Part shown: piece after piece, positions 39,382 to 49,640 of the stretch | Layout of the letters: each line of letters opens with the position of its first letter | How positions within the stretch are numbered: position 1 is the first letter of the stretch | Origin: a bacterium | GTDB taxonomy: Bacteria; Patescibacteriota; JABMPQ01; JAUVWW01 | Reading direction: 5' to 3' | Length of the DNA stretch: 64,000 bases | Assembly (NCBI GenBank): GCA_030603885.1 | Contig: JAUVWW010000001.1 | Span: forward strand, 2,680-66,679 | The notes under the pieces: model-generated | Told to the model about the DNA's origin: nothing | Database searches by the model: none | What the model saw: the letters and a program-made list of their open reading frames with translations, nothing else | Program-made: the position numbers and the translations under genes

Positions 39382-40323
39382 ATGGATATCTATCAAACTC
39401 TACAAAAAGAATTAGACGGAAAAGTAATAGAAAATGAGCCTCTGGCCAATTACACCACTTTTAAAATTGGTGGTCCGGCTCAATATTTTTTTACAGCAGA
39501 GAATCTAACTGATTTGATAAAAGCAATCAAATCTGTAAAAAAATTAAATTTACCTTATTTTATTTTAGGAAGAGGAAGTAATCTCTTAGTTTCAGATAAA
39601 GGTTTTAAAGGCTTAATAATAAGAGTTATCAATGATAGATTAGAGATCAGGGATAATCGGATTAGATCAGAGACTGGGGTTGATTTGGGCAAACTTGTCC
39701 GTGAAGCAACCAATGTCAGTCTTTCTGGGTTAGAATTTTTAGCCGGGATTCCTGGAACTGTAGGAGCTGCTGTCTATGGAAATGCAGGAGCCTTTGGTAA
39801 ATCAACTGCCGATGTTCTAATTAGTGCTGAGATTTTGACTAAGGATAACAAAGTAAGAAAAGTAGAAAATAAATGGTTTAATTTTAGGTATCGAGATAGT
39901 AGATTGAAAGATTCAGGAGAAATAGTACTGAGAGCAGAATTTCAGTTAAAAAAAAGTAACAAAGAGGAAATTAAAAAGACCATTAATGAGATTCTTAAAA
40001 TACGTAAGGAAAAAATTCCTCCCTATGCTAGTGCAGGAAGTATTTTTAAGAATATAGAACTTAGAACATTAAACGAAAAACTTAAAACTTTATTCCAGGA
40101 GAAAGCTAAAGGAGGTAAAGTTGCCACTGGTTTTCTAATTGATCAATGTGGTTTAAAGGGTACTAAAATTGGAAGAGCAGAGATTTCAAAACAGCACGCC
40201 AATTTTATTATCAATAGAAATGGTGCTAAGGCTAAAGATGTATTAGAACTTATAAAATTGATTAAAAAGAAAGTTTATGATAAGTTTGGGATTAAGCTAA
40301 AAGAAGAGGTGAAGATTCTATGA
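39382..40323 (+). CDS. murB: UDP-N-acetylmuramate dehydrogenase
   Basis: TTFKIGGPA, GSNLL, GNAGA, SAGSIFKN, HANFI. Confidence 0.96.
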   Translation: MDIYQTLQKELDGKVIENEPLANYTTFKIGGPAQYFFTAENLTDLIKAIKSVKKLNLPYFILGRGSNLLVSDKGFKGLIIRVINDRLEIRDNRIRSETGVDLGKLVREATNVSLSGLEFLAGIPGTVGAAVYGNAGAFGKSTADVLISAEILTKDNKVRKVENKWFNFRYRDSRLKDSGEIVLRAEFQLKKSNKEEIKKTINEILKIRKEKIPPYASAGSIFKNIELRTLNEKLKTLFQEKAKGGKVATGFLIDQCGLKGTKIGRAEISKQHANFIINRNGAKAKDVLELIKLIKKKVYDKFGIKLKEEVKIL

Positions 40324-40697
40324 AAATCACTTTCTATGCTAAAAACATAAAATTGACTTCCGATCTTGAGGATTATGCCAGATCTAAGATTAATGCTTTA
40401 GAACATTACATTAAAAATGTTTTAGACTGTCGAGTTGAGCTAGATTATGCTTCTGGACAGCGTACAGGCCAGGTCTATCGAGTAGAGGTAAATATGAGAG
40501 TGCCTAAGCAATATCTCCTAAGAGCTGTTCATACAGCTCCTGATATCCATGAAGCTATTGATTTAGTTATTCCGAAGTTAAAAAAAGAGATTGGAAAATA
40601 TAAGGAAAAAATGGAGAGAAGGACAGAGAAAAAGCGCTCTTGGAGTTTTCGGAAAATGTTTGGGAAAAAAAGAAAAGGCAGGAGATTTAGATTTTAG
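40320..40697 (+). CDS. hpf: Ribosome hibernation factor (HPF/RaiA family)
   Basis: Short HPF fold pattern LT..L..Y...K ... DIHEAID. Confidence 0.85.
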   Translation: MKITFYAKNIKLTSDLEDYARSKINALEHYIKNVLDCRVELDYASGQRTGQVYRVEVNMRVPKQYLLRAVHTAPDIHEAIDLVIPKLKKEIGKYKEKMERRTEKKRSWSFRKMFGKKRKGRRFRF

Positions 40698-40718
40698 CGT
40701 ATTATATTTTTAGCCCCC

Positions 40719-40778
40719 TTGACAGATTATTAAATATCTGTTATTCTTGAGAGAAACTTAAAATCAAAAAAGGAGGTG
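40719..40778 (+). promoter_or_regulatory. Promoter, leader motif and strong SD
   Basis: TTGACA-17-TATTCT (TG extension), GAAACTTAAAAT, AGGAGGTG. Confidence 0.7.
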
Positions 40779-40782
40779 TTTT

Positions 40783-41376
40783 ATGAATACGAAGGAGCTG
40801 CTGCAGTATCTAAGCGGGCTTTATAAGATTCGTGAGCATTCACTCAGCAGAGAGAGACTTTACTGCATCCTTGTTGTGGGATCGTTTTTGATTCTCTTGG
40901 CAATTCGTTGCTATTTCAAAAATGATGCCCTCATAACAATATTGACACCCATGATGTCACCAGCCCTATTTTTCTTCATTGAGATATATTATTGGAAAGC
41001 CGAGACTTTAGTTTCCAATAAACAACAGCTTGAGAGAGAAATAAAACAGGTTGAGGAAGAGCTTGGAATAAAGTTCGTGAGCTCCCAGTACTACACTAAG
41101 GAATATCGATGGTTTTTTGATTGGATCCCTTTTGAGTCTTTTATTAAAGGGTGGGTTGTTTGGCCAATCGTGTCTCTTGCAGGTATATATTTCTATGCCT
41201 GGTCATTTAAAAAAGCGTGGTTTCACATTAGGTCTTTTGGAGGGGAATTTGGACGGTTGGATATGGTCTGTTTATGGGCCTCGCTTGCCGGGATGATTTT
41301 TATTTTTATAGACCACCTAGTGACCTGCGTAAGAGTTTACGGACGCAAACAAGAAAAAGTATCCGAACAAGAATAA
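40783..41376 (+). CDS. Hypothetical membrane protein (about 4 TM)
   Basis: Own promoter, SD and terminator; hydrophobic segments. Confidence 0.75.
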   Translation: MNTKELLQYLSGLYKIREHSLSRERLYCILVVGSFLILLAIRCYFKNDALITILTPMMSPALFFFIEIYYWKAETLVSNKQQLEREIKQVEEELGIKFVSSQYYTKEYRWFFDWIPFESFIKGWVVWPIVSLAGIYFYAWSFKKAWFHIRSFGGEFGRLDMVCLWASLAGMIFIFIDHLVTCVRVYGRKQEKVSEQE

Positions 41377-41383
41377 AAAAGTT

Positions 41384-41419
41384 AGGGTTGGATTTTCTTA
41401 AATCCAACCCTGTTTTTTT
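41384..41419 (+). terminator. Intrinsic terminator
   Basis: AGGGTTGGATTT / AAATCCAACCCT stem followed by T run. Confidence 0.85.
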
Positions 41420-41488
41420 ATCAAGTTTTGCACTTGTTTTAAGGATATTTTTTTGCTAAAATAGGTTTGTTTAAAGGAATTAAATAAA

Positions 41489-44173
41489 ATGCCAATTTGG
41501 ACTAAAATCTTTGGAGATCCAAATTTAAAAGTGTTGCAAAAACTTCAGCCTAATTTAGATGAGGCAAATAAGCTTGAGCCTGTTTTTGAGAAATTAACTG
41601 ACGAGGAGCTGAAAGGCAAAACAGAAGAATTTAAGAACAGACTTAAAAAAAGAGAGACCTTGGATGGTCTTCTTCCTGAAGCTTTTGCAGTAATTCGAGA
41701 AGCATCAAAACGCACTACCAAGATGCGTCATTTTGATGTACAAGTTTTGGGAGCCATTATGCTTCATCAAGGAAAAATTACTGAGATGACTACTGGAGAA
41801 GGGAAAACCTTGGTAGCTACCATGCCTTTGTATTTGAATGCTCTAGAAGGAAAAGGAGCTCATTTAGTAACTGTTAATGATTATCTAGCTAGAAGAGATG
41901 TGGAATGGATGGGACCTATATATAATCTTTTGGGCCTTAAAGTTGGCGTTTTAAATCATGAAAAAGCCTATATTTATAATCCAAAAGAAGGTCCAAGAAA
42001 AACTAATTTAGGTTCAGGCGAAGAATTGAAAGAAGTACCAAGAAGAGAAGCATGTCAAGCAGACATCACCTATGGCACCAACAATGAATTTGGATTTGAT
42101 TATCTTCGAGATAATATGGTTATGGATTTAAGTCAGATGGTCCAACGGAAGTTTAATTATGCCATTGTCGATGAAGTAGATTCGATTTTAATTGACGAAG
42201 CCAGAACTCCTTTGATCATTTCTGCTCCAGCTGAAGAAGCTACTGAGAAGTACTCTCAATTTGCCAGGCTTGTTCCAAGATTAAAAGAAAATATAGACTA
42301 CAATGTGGACGAAAAAATGAGAGCCTGCACTTTGACTGAAAAGGGAATTGATTATGTAGAAAAAATGTTAGGGGTAGAGAATATCTATACTGAAGCCGGC
42401 ATAGATATAGTTCATCACTTAGAAAAAGCTCTACAGGCTTATACTTTATATCACCGGGACAAAGAGTATGTTATCAAAGATGGAGAAATAATTATTGTTG
42501 ATGAATTTACAGGAAGACTGATGTATGGCCGAAGATATTCAGAAGGCCTGCATCAAGCAATCGAAGCTAAAGAAGGTGTCCCAGTAAAACAGGAAAGTGT
42601 AACTTTAGCTACTGTTACTTTTCAGAACTATTTTAGAATGTATAAAAAACTGGCTGGTATGACTGGAACAGCAGTCACTTCGGCTGAGGAATTCCAGAAA
42701 GTTTATAACTTAGATGTGGTTGTTATTCCAACTAATAAACCCTTGATTCGAGATCAAAAACCAGATTCTATTTATAAAACAGAAGTAGGAAAATGGAAGG
42801 CAGTAACAAGAGAAGTGAGAAGACTTCATGAGCAGGGAAGACCAGTATTGATAGGTACTACTTCTGTAGAGAAGAACGAGATATTAAGCGATTTATTAGA
42901 TAAAGAAGGATTAGAACATAATACTCTTAATGCCAAACATCATGAAAAAGAAGCGGCCATCCTTACCGAGGCAGGAAGATTAGGGGCAGTAACCTGTTCT
43001 ACTAATATGGCCGGTCGAGGGGTGGATATAGTCTTAGGAGGAAATCCAGAAATGTTGGCCAGGGAAGGAGTATCAGAAGAAGAGTGGCAAAAAGAGCATG
43101 ACCAGGTGATTAAGTTAGGCGGTCTACATGTTATTGGTACAGAAAGACATGAAGCCCGAAGAATTGATAATCAGCTAAGAGGTCGAGCTGGAAGGCAAGG
43201 AGATCCAGGCTCAAGCCAGTTTTTTGTCTCTTTAGAGGATGATTTAATGAGAATTTTTGGAGGAGACAGAGTCAAGGCCATGATGGACCTATTGCGTTTG
43301 CCTGAGGATCAGCCCATAGAACACAGATTAATTTCTCGTTCCATTGAATCTGCTCAGTCCAAGGTGGAAGGAAATAATTTTGATTTAAGAAAGCATCTTT
43401 TAGAATATGATGATGTAATGAATAAACATAGGGAAGTGATTTATAGGAAAAGAAGAGAAATGTTAAAAGATCCTAAACAGATAAAGTCTAAAGTTCTAGA
43501 GATGGTTGACTCAGAGATCGAACAGATTGTCTCTAAGCACACCGCTACTGATGAAGAAAGCCAGTGGAATATCGAAGAAATAGTCGAGGTATTAAATACC
43601 ATTTTCCCTATAGATATAGATAGTGTTCATACTCACTTAGAAGACTTACGAAAAGAAGCTGGACTAAGAACTCAAGATATAGAGGTAAGGGAGAAGATTA
43701 TCCAATATTTAATGGATTTGGCTCACCAGGCTTATAATGAAAAAGAAAAACAGCTTCAGCCTGAAGTTATGAGACAAATTGAGCGAGCTATTTTACTTCG
43801 GACCATTGATAGATTATGGATTGATCATTTGGCTGCTATGATGAGATTGAGAGAGGGGATAGGATTACGCGGCTATGGCCAAATGGATCCATTAGTTGAG
43901 TATAAAAAAGAAGCCTATGGGATGTTTCAGAAATTACTCGATGCCATCCAAAATAATGTGGTTTATACTATTTATAAAGTGGGGGTAGTAGTCAAACAAA
44001 AATCTCCCATGGAAACAGCTAAAAAGCAATTCAGAGGAGCACCCAAGACTTCAGAAGAAAGAAAAGCCAGACCTTTACGCACAAAGAAAAAAATAGGTCG
44101 AAATGATCCTTGTCCGTGCGGTTCAGGTAAGAAATTTAAGAAATGTTGTATGGGGAAGGGGATATATGATTAG
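41489..44173 (+). CDS. secA: Preprotein translocase ATPase SecA
   Basis: TGEGKT, DEVDS, TNMAGRG, QLRGRAGRQG, C-terminal GRNDPCPCGSG. Confidence 0.98.
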   Translation: MPIWTKIFGDPNLKVLQKLQPNLDEANKLEPVFEKLTDEELKGKTEEFKNRLKKRETLDGLLPEAFAVIREASKRTTKMRHFDVQVLGAIMLHQGKITEMTTGEGKTLVATMPLYLNALEGKGAHLVTVNDYLARRDVEWMGPIYNLLGLKVGVLNHEKAYIYNPKEGPRKTNLGSGEELKEVPRREACQADITYGTNNEFGFDYLRDNMVMDLSQMVQRKFNYAIVDEVDSILIDEARTPLIISAPAEEATEKYSQFARLVPRLKENIDYNVDEKMRACTLTEKGIDYVEKMLGVENIYTEAGIDIVHHLEKALQAYTLYHRDKEYVIKDGEIIIVDEFTGRLMYGRRYSEGLHQAIEAKEGVPVKQESVTLATVTFQNYFRMYKKLAGMTGTAVTSAEEFQKVYNLDVVVIPTNKPLIRDQKPDSIYKTEVGKWKAVTREVRRLHEQGRPVLIGTTSVEKNEILSDLLDKEGLEHNTLNAKHHEKEAAILTEAGRLGAVTCSTNMAGRGVDIVLGGNPEMLAREGVSEEEWQKEHDQVIKLGGLHVIGTERHEARRIDNQLRGRAGRQGDPGSSQFFVSLEDDLMRIFGGDRVKAMMDLLRLPEDQPIEHRLISRSIESAQSKVEGNNFDLRKHLLEYDDVMNKHREVIYRKRREMLKDPKQIKSKVLEMVDSEIEQIVSKHTATDEESQWNIEEIVEVLNTIFPIDIDSVHTHLEDLRKEAGLRTQDIEVREKIIQYLMDLAHQAYNEKEKQLQPEVMRQIERAILLRTIDRLWIDHLAAMMRLREGIGLRGYGQMDPLVEYKKEAYGMFQKLLDAIQNNVVYTIYKVGVVVKQKSPMETAKKQFRGAPKTSEERKARPLRTKKKIGRNDPCPCGSGKKFKKCCMGKGIYD

Positions 44174-44413
44174 ATAAAAGGAACTGGCAAAATAAAAACC
44201 CAGTATTGCTACTAGGTCGGATGAAGACATTATTGTAAACCAATAAGAGACAGCTCAACTTTTAGGCATTCCTTCTATTACTGTAGAATTAGGTTATGGT
44301 ATGGATTGGGAAAGAAATTTAGAAGCCATGATAAGATCAATAAGATATTAACATTGATTTTTTACTATTTTTTTTATAAAATAAAATAGTAAATTATTTA
44401 TTAGATAATTGAT

Positions 44414-45838
44414 ATGAAAAATAAAGTTAAAATTTTATTAAGCATCAATATTATTCTTTGCTTCGTCTTTTTTTGCTTTAATTTAGCCAAAGCTTCCTAT
44501 AATACTATCCCACAAGTAAAGGTTTATAATCAAGATGCTACCCAGGTAAAGTCTACTTTTCTTGCTTATCAAGAAAGTTTTAGAGGAGGATTAAAGATTG
44601 CCGCAGGAGATATTGATGGAGATAGACGAGATGAAATTATCACTGGAGCAGGGCTAGATGGAGGACCCCATGTTCAGGTTTTTGATATGAATGGCAATTT
44701 TATGTGGCAGACTATGGCTTTTGATGAAGGGTTCAAAGGAGGCATTGATGTAGCAGCTGGTGATGTTAACGGAGATGGAAAGGATGAAATTATTGTTTCA
44801 CAACTTTCAGGTGGCCAAGCTTGGATCAAAATTTACAAAGCCAATAGACAGAGAACTATCCTAGCCAACTTTCTAGCTTTTGCTTCTAGTTTTGAAGGAG
44901 GATGTCACATAGCTTCAGGTGATGTTGATGGAGATGGAAAAGATGAGATAATAGCTGGAGCCGGATCTTCAGGAAAACCACACATACGAGTTTTTGATGA
45001 AAAAGGTAATTGGACTGGTTGGGATACTTTTGCTTTCCATGAAGATTTTAGAGGTGGAGTAGATCTAGCCTCAGAAGATATTGATAATGATGGTCGTGAT
45101 GAAATTATTGTGGCTCAAAATTCTTTTGGTCAAGCTTGGGTAAAAGTTTATCGAGCTAATAGAGAAAAAACTATTGTTTCTGAGTTTCTTGCTTATGCTC
45201 CAAATTTTGAAGGAGGAACAAATATTGGAGCAGGAGACATTGACCATGATGGTCGAGCAGAGATAATTGCAGGAGCCAATGCTGGTGGAGGACCACATGT
45301 AAAAGCATTCAAAGCTTCGGGTAAGCCTAAGAGTACAAGCTTCTTTCCTTATCCTCTAGATTTTCAGGGAGGAGTAAATGTGGCTGTAGGAAATTTACAA
45401 AGGGATTCAACTAATGAAATAATTACTTCTCCGGGGAAAAAATTACCTGAAGGAAGAGTAGATTTATACAAGTATATTGAAATAGATCTTTCATCTCAGA
45501 TTCTAAAATACTTTGAAAATGGACATAAAGTAGATGAGTATTATATTTCTTCTGGAGTATGGCGCCATCCAACTCCTAAAGGAGAATTTAGCGTTTATTC
45601 CAAACGTCTTTTTACTAGAATGACCTGGTATTATGGTCCTGATAATCCTGATAATTATGATTTAGCCAATGTACCTCATGTTCTATCCTTTCTTGGTCCT
45701 TATACTATTCACGGCGCTTATTGGCATAATAATTTTGGTTATAGAATGAGCCATGGCTGTGTCAATGAGCCGTTGGGTAAGGCAGCTCAGCTTTACAAAT
45801 GGGCTTCAATTGGGACACCGGTGATAATACACGATTAG
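44414..45838 (+). CDS. L,D-transpeptidase with N-terminal FG-GAP/VCBS repeats
   Basis: Signal peptide; about six GD.DGDG.DEII repeats; YkuD motif HG...SHGCVN. Confidence 0.9.
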   Translation: MKNKVKILLSINIILCFVFFCFNLAKASYNTIPQVKVYNQDATQVKSTFLAYQESFRGGLKIAAGDIDGDRRDEIITGAGLDGGPHVQVFDMNGNFMWQTMAFDEGFKGGIDVAAGDVNGDGKDEIIVSQLSGGQAWIKIYKANRQRTILANFLAFASSFEGGCHIASGDVDGDGKDEIIAGAGSSGKPHIRVFDEKGNWTGWDTFAFHEDFRGGVDLASEDIDNDGRDEIIVAQNSFGQAWVKVYRANREKTIVSEFLAYAPNFEGGTNIGAGDIDHDGRAEIIAGANAGGGPHVKAFKASGKPKSTSFFPYPLDFQGGVNVAVGNLQRDSTNEIITSPGKKLPEGRVDLYKYIEIDLSSQILKYFENGHKVDEYYISSGVWRHPTPKGEFSVYSKRLFTRMTWYYGPDNPDNYDLANVPHVLSFLGPYTIHGAYWHNNFGYRMSHGCVNEPLGKAAQLYKWASIGTPVIIHD

Positions 45839-45951
45839 CTGTAGCTCGCTCAAGAGCCTCGTTGCTCAGGAAGGAATCCTCCCGCCTTCGGTGGGCCCCT
45901 CCTAACTCAACCTCGGCAGGAATGGCTCGCTAGGATAGTAAATTATTTATT

Positions 45952-47394
45952 ATGTCAATTCGCAAAAAAATCTGGTTAACTTTCGTAGGTATAATAATTT
46001 TAGTGGTCTTAGCAGGCTTAGTTGATTGGCCTAAGGGGCCAGATTTTAAAATTGGGCAGTTTTATAGAGAGCTTAAAGTGCACTTGGGTTTAGATCTTCA
46101 AGGGGGAACCCATCTTGTTTATGAGTGTGATTTATCCAAGATAAAACCAGAAGACTATGATGAGGCAGTAGCCGGGGTGAGGGATGTGATAGAGAGGAGA
46201 GTAAATGCTTTAGGGCTGGCAGAGCCAGTAGTTCAGACCGTAGCTGTTGAAGGACATTATAGATTGATTATTGAACTGGCCGGAATAAAAGATGTTGAAA
46301 AAGCACAAGCTGAAATTGGTCAGACGCCATCTTTAGATTTTAGAGAGCTAATTGGGATTCCTATGCCAGAAATGAAAGAAGGAGAAGGTGGGCTAGAGGA
46401 GACAAAAGAGGAGCCAAAAGAAGCAGAGGAGCCAGGAACAAGTTCCTTAAAACTATTTATTTCTCAAGCTTTAGCCCAAGAAGAATCTGAAGAGCCAGCT
46501 GAAGTAGAAGAAAAGACCGAGAAGATTGAAGAGCAACCTCAAGTTCAGACCATGTTTATCCCTACTAAATTAGCTGGCCATCATCTAAAAAGAGCTCAAT
46601 TGCAATTTGACAAGCAAACAAACCAGCCTCAGATTGGTCTTGAATTTGATGCCGAAGGAACAAAATTATTTGCTGAAATTACAGAAAGAAATGTAGGAAA
46701 ACCAGTAGCTATATTTTTGGATAATTATTTAATTTCTGCCCCCACTGTTCAAGAACCAATCAGAGAAGGAAAAGCAGTTGTCACTGGAGAGTTCACTTTA
46801 CAAGAGGCAAAAGACCTAGCCATGCGTCTTAATGCCGGAGCCTTGCCTGTTCCTATTAATTTAATTTCTCAGCAAAATGTGGGAGCCTCCTTAGGAAAGA
46901 TTTCCATAGAAAAAAGCCTTTTGGCTGGTGTTTTGGGTCTTTTATGTATAGCTTTGTTTATGATATTTTATTATAGATTTCTAGGTGCCCTGGCTACCTG
47001 TGCTTTGCTTATCTACGGTCTTATTGTTTTAGCTTTGTTTAAGTTAATTCCAGTCACTTTAACTTTGGCTGGGATGGCTGGATTTATCTTGTCTGTTGGC
47101 ATGGCTGTGGATGCTAATGTTCTGATTTTTGAACGAATGAAAGAAGAATTAAGATCTGGTAAGCCTCAAGGGGTTGCTGTGGATGAAGGATTTAAATATG
47201 CCTGGAGTGCTATTCGAGATTCTAATGTTTCTACCTTGATTACTTGTGTCATCCTAGCCTGGTTTGGAACTTCAATTATAAAAGGATTTGCTATTACTTT
47301 GGGTGTTGGAGTACTAGTTAGTATGTTTTCTGCTATAACCATTACTAGAACCTTTTTAAGACTGTTTTATGTTAAACATCATTCAAAAACGTAA
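45952..47394 (+). CDS. secD: Protein translocase subunit SecD
   Basis: LGLDLQGG, RVNALG, GMAVDANVLIFER. Confidence 0.96.
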   Translation: MSIRKKIWLTFVGIIILVVLAGLVDWPKGPDFKIGQFYRELKVHLGLDLQGGTHLVYECDLSKIKPEDYDEAVAGVRDVIERRVNALGLAEPVVQTVAVEGHYRLIIELAGIKDVEKAQAEIGQTPSLDFRELIGIPMPEMKEGEGGLEETKEEPKEAEEPGTSSLKLFISQALAQEESEEPAEVEEKTEKIEEQPQVQTMFIPTKLAGHHLKRAQLQFDKQTNQPQIGLEFDAEGTKLFAEITERNVGKPVAIFLDNYLISAPTVQEPIREGKAVVTGEFTLQEAKDLAMRLNAGALPVPINLISQQNVGASLGKISIEKSLLAGVLGLLCIALFMIFYYRFLGALATCALLIYGLIVLALFKLIPVTLTLAGMAGFILSVGMAVDANVLIFERMKEELRSGKPQGVAVDEGFKYAWSAIRDSNVSTLITCVILAWFGTSIIKGFAITLGVGVLVSMFSAITITRTFLRLFYVKHHSKT

Positions 47395-48262
47395 AATTTG
47401 GTTTATTCTTTCAGGAATAATTATTCTAGCTGGGATTGTCTCTCTGACGATGTGGGGCCTGAAATTGGGCATTGATTTTACTGGTGGGGCTCTAGTTGAA
47501 ATTGAATTCAAAGACAAAAGGCCTGATCTTTCTGAGATAGATAAAACCTTAGAGCCTCTTGAGCTTGAGCAGGCTCCTATTCAGCCTACAGGAGAGCGAG
47601 GAATTTTACTTCGGACAAAACCTCTTGATGAAGAAAAACATAAAGAGCTTCTTTCCACATTAGGAGATAAATTTGGTCAAATTGAAGAGATAAGATACGA
47701 AAGTATTGGACCTACCATAGGAAAAGAGTTGAGAAGAAAAGCTATTTATGCCATATCTGTAGCTTTAGTTTGTATTGTCTTATATATTGCTTATGCCTTC
47801 AGAAAAGTATCCAAAGAGATTTCTTCTTGGAAATTAGGTCTTTGTACCATTGGAGCTTTAGTTCATGATACCTTTATTGTTTTAGGAATCTTTTCTATTT
47901 TAGGACACTATTTTGGTATAGAAATAACAGCTTTGTTTATTGTGGCTCTTTTAACTATTTTAGGTTATTCAGTCAATGATACTATTGTAGTTTTTGATCG
48001 AATTAGAGAAAATCTACTTTCTGTTAAAGAAGAGACCTTTGATCGAACAGTAAACAAAAGTGTTAACCAGTGTTTGACTAGGTCTATTAATACTTCTACC
48101 ACTACTTTCTTAGTTCTTCTAGCCATCTTTTTATTTGGAGGAGAAACAATTCGATATTTCATTTTAGCTTTAATGATGGGAGTGATTGTGGGTACTTACT
48201 CATCAATTTTTATTGCTAGCCCACTTTTGGTGGCTTGGCAAAGGTTGACAAAAAGAACTTAG
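47369..48262 (+). CDS. secF: Protein translocase subunit SecF
   Basis: GIDFTGG, GYSVNDTIVVFDRIRE, GTYSSIFIA. Confidence 0.96.
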   Translation: MLNIIQKRKIWFILSGIIILAGIVSLTMWGLKLGIDFTGGALVEIEFKDKRPDLSEIDKTLEPLELEQAPIQPTGERGILLRTKPLDEEKHKELLSTLGDKFGQIEEIRYESIGPTIGKELRRKAIYAISVALVCIVLYIAYAFRKVSKEISSWKLGLCTIGALVHDTFIVLGIFSILGHYFGIEITALFIVALLTILGYSVNDTIVVFDRIRENLLSVKEETFDRTVNKSVNQCLTRSINTSTTTFLVLLAIFLFGGETIRYFILALMMGVIVGTYSSIFIASPLLVAWQRLTKRT

Positions 48263-48368
48263 GATTATTTAGCAGCCACTAGCTATACAATTCTATAGCC
48301 GGTGGCTCTTTATTTTCCTTTATTTAAGTCAAAAACTGTCAATTTTCTTAAAAATTACCCAAAACCCC

Positions 48369-48440
48369 TTGACAGGCTTTTTTAGTTATGTTAAGATGGT
48401 ATATCAGATGTTTGACAGCTTTTAATTTGTATGATATCAT
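48369..48440 (+). promoter_or_regulatory. Tandem sigma70 promoters
   Basis: TTGACA(48369)-17-TAAGAT and TTGACA(48412)-17-TATCAT, both with TG extension. Confidence 0.7.
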
Positions 48441-48497
48441 TAATTATAGGAGAGTGAGTAAATCCATATAGTAGCTTAAATAAAAAGGAAAAAAGCC

Positions 48498-49550
48498 ATG
48501 CAAGAAAAACGACTACAAACAATTCAAGGAACAGATCCAAAAGAGGCAGTTGTTAGGCTGCTTAATGGCCTTGAAAAAAGATCAAAGGATATTATTATCC
48601 GACGTTTTGGATTGGAAGAAAAACCTAAAGAAACCTTAGAGAAAATTGGCCAATCTTATGGAATTACTCGAGAAAGGGTACGTCAGATTGAAGACAGCGT
48701 CTTAGCTAGTCTGCAAAAACCAAACAAATTAAAATATGTAAAGTCTCTTGAGGAAACCTTAATATCTGTACTAGAAGATAAAGGTGACATCGCAGAAAGA
48801 AATACTTTGTTCTCTTCTATTCAAAGCAAACTTTCTTCAGATATTCACCCCAATGTATTAGAGTTTGTTTTGGAACTTTCCCCAAAATTTACTAAATTTG
48901 CCGAAACCAAAGAACTCAAGCAAGCTTGGGCTACATCAACCTCCAGTCTTATAAAAGTCAAGAAAGTTATTGGAGGTTTCATAGATTACTTAAAAGAGAA
49001 AAATAAAGTGCTTGATACTCGGACAATGATAAATGCAGTTCAGGAAAATGCAGATGTTTCTCGAGATGCAATTTTGTCTTACATTAATTTATCAAAGAAC
49101 ATTAAAAAGAATCCCTATCATGAATGGGGACTTAAAGATTGGGGAACTATTTCACCTCAAGGAGTAAAAGATAAAGCATATATTGTCCTTATTAAGAAGA
49201 AAAAACCTCTTCACTTTAGAGAAATTACAGAGGCAATAAATCAAATAGATTTTGATAAAAGAAAAGCCACCTCCCGTACGGTACACAATGCTCTAATTAA
49301 AGATCCAAGATTTGTTTTAGTAGGAAGAGGTACTTATGGATTGACTGAGGCTGGATATAAACCAGGAACAGTGGCTGATATAGTAGCCGACGTATTAGCT
49401 AAATGCTCCCTAACAAGAGAAGAAATTATCCACGAGGTTCTAAAGCAAAGGTTGGTAAGGAAAAATACAATTCTTTTAGCTTTACAAGATTCTTCTAAAT
49501 TTAAGAAAGTAGGGGAGAAGTACTACTTGAATACAAAAATAAAAAGTTAA
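48498..49550 (+). CDS. Sigma70 region-4 HTH protein with C-terminal winged-helix (HARE-HTH/RpoE-like) domains
   Basis: RRFGL...TLEKIG..YGITRERVRQIE; KPLHFREI...HNALI...FVLVGRGTYGL. Confidence 0.8.
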   Translation: MQEKRLQTIQGTDPKEAVVRLLNGLEKRSKDIIIRRFGLEEKPKETLEKIGQSYGITRERVRQIEDSVLASLQKPNKLKYVKSLEETLISVLEDKGDIAERNTLFSSIQSKLSSDIHPNVLEFVLELSPKFTKFAETKELKQAWATSTSSLIKVKKVIGGFIDYLKEKNKVLDTRTMINAVQENADVSRDAILSYINLSKNIKKNPYHEWGLKDWGTISPQGVKDKAYIVLIKKKKPLHFREITEAINQIDFDKRKATSRTVHNALIKDPRFVLVGRGTYGLTEAGYKPGTVADIVADVLAKCSLTREEIIHEVLKQRLVRKNTILLALQDSSKFKKVGEKYYLNTKIKS

Positions 49551-49557
49551 TTCACGA

Positions 49558-49640
49558 AACTTGTAACTTGTAACTTGTAACCCAAGAAATTTTGGTAGAG
49601 GGCTTGAGCTACACGTTACACGATTCGAGTTACAAGATCA
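49558..49640. repeat. Mirrored heptamer array
   Basis: AACTTGT x3 then GAGCTAC ACGTTAC ACGATTC GAGTTAC AAGATCA. Confidence 0.75.

Noticed and set aside
44590-45430. Periodic DNA similarity in the L,D-transpeptidase gene
   Set aside because: Explained by FG-GAP protein repeats
45839-45935. SRP RNA upstream of secD
   Set aside because: CAGGAAGGAA is suggestive, but the CAGG...GNRA...AGCAG domain IV pattern is absent on both strands
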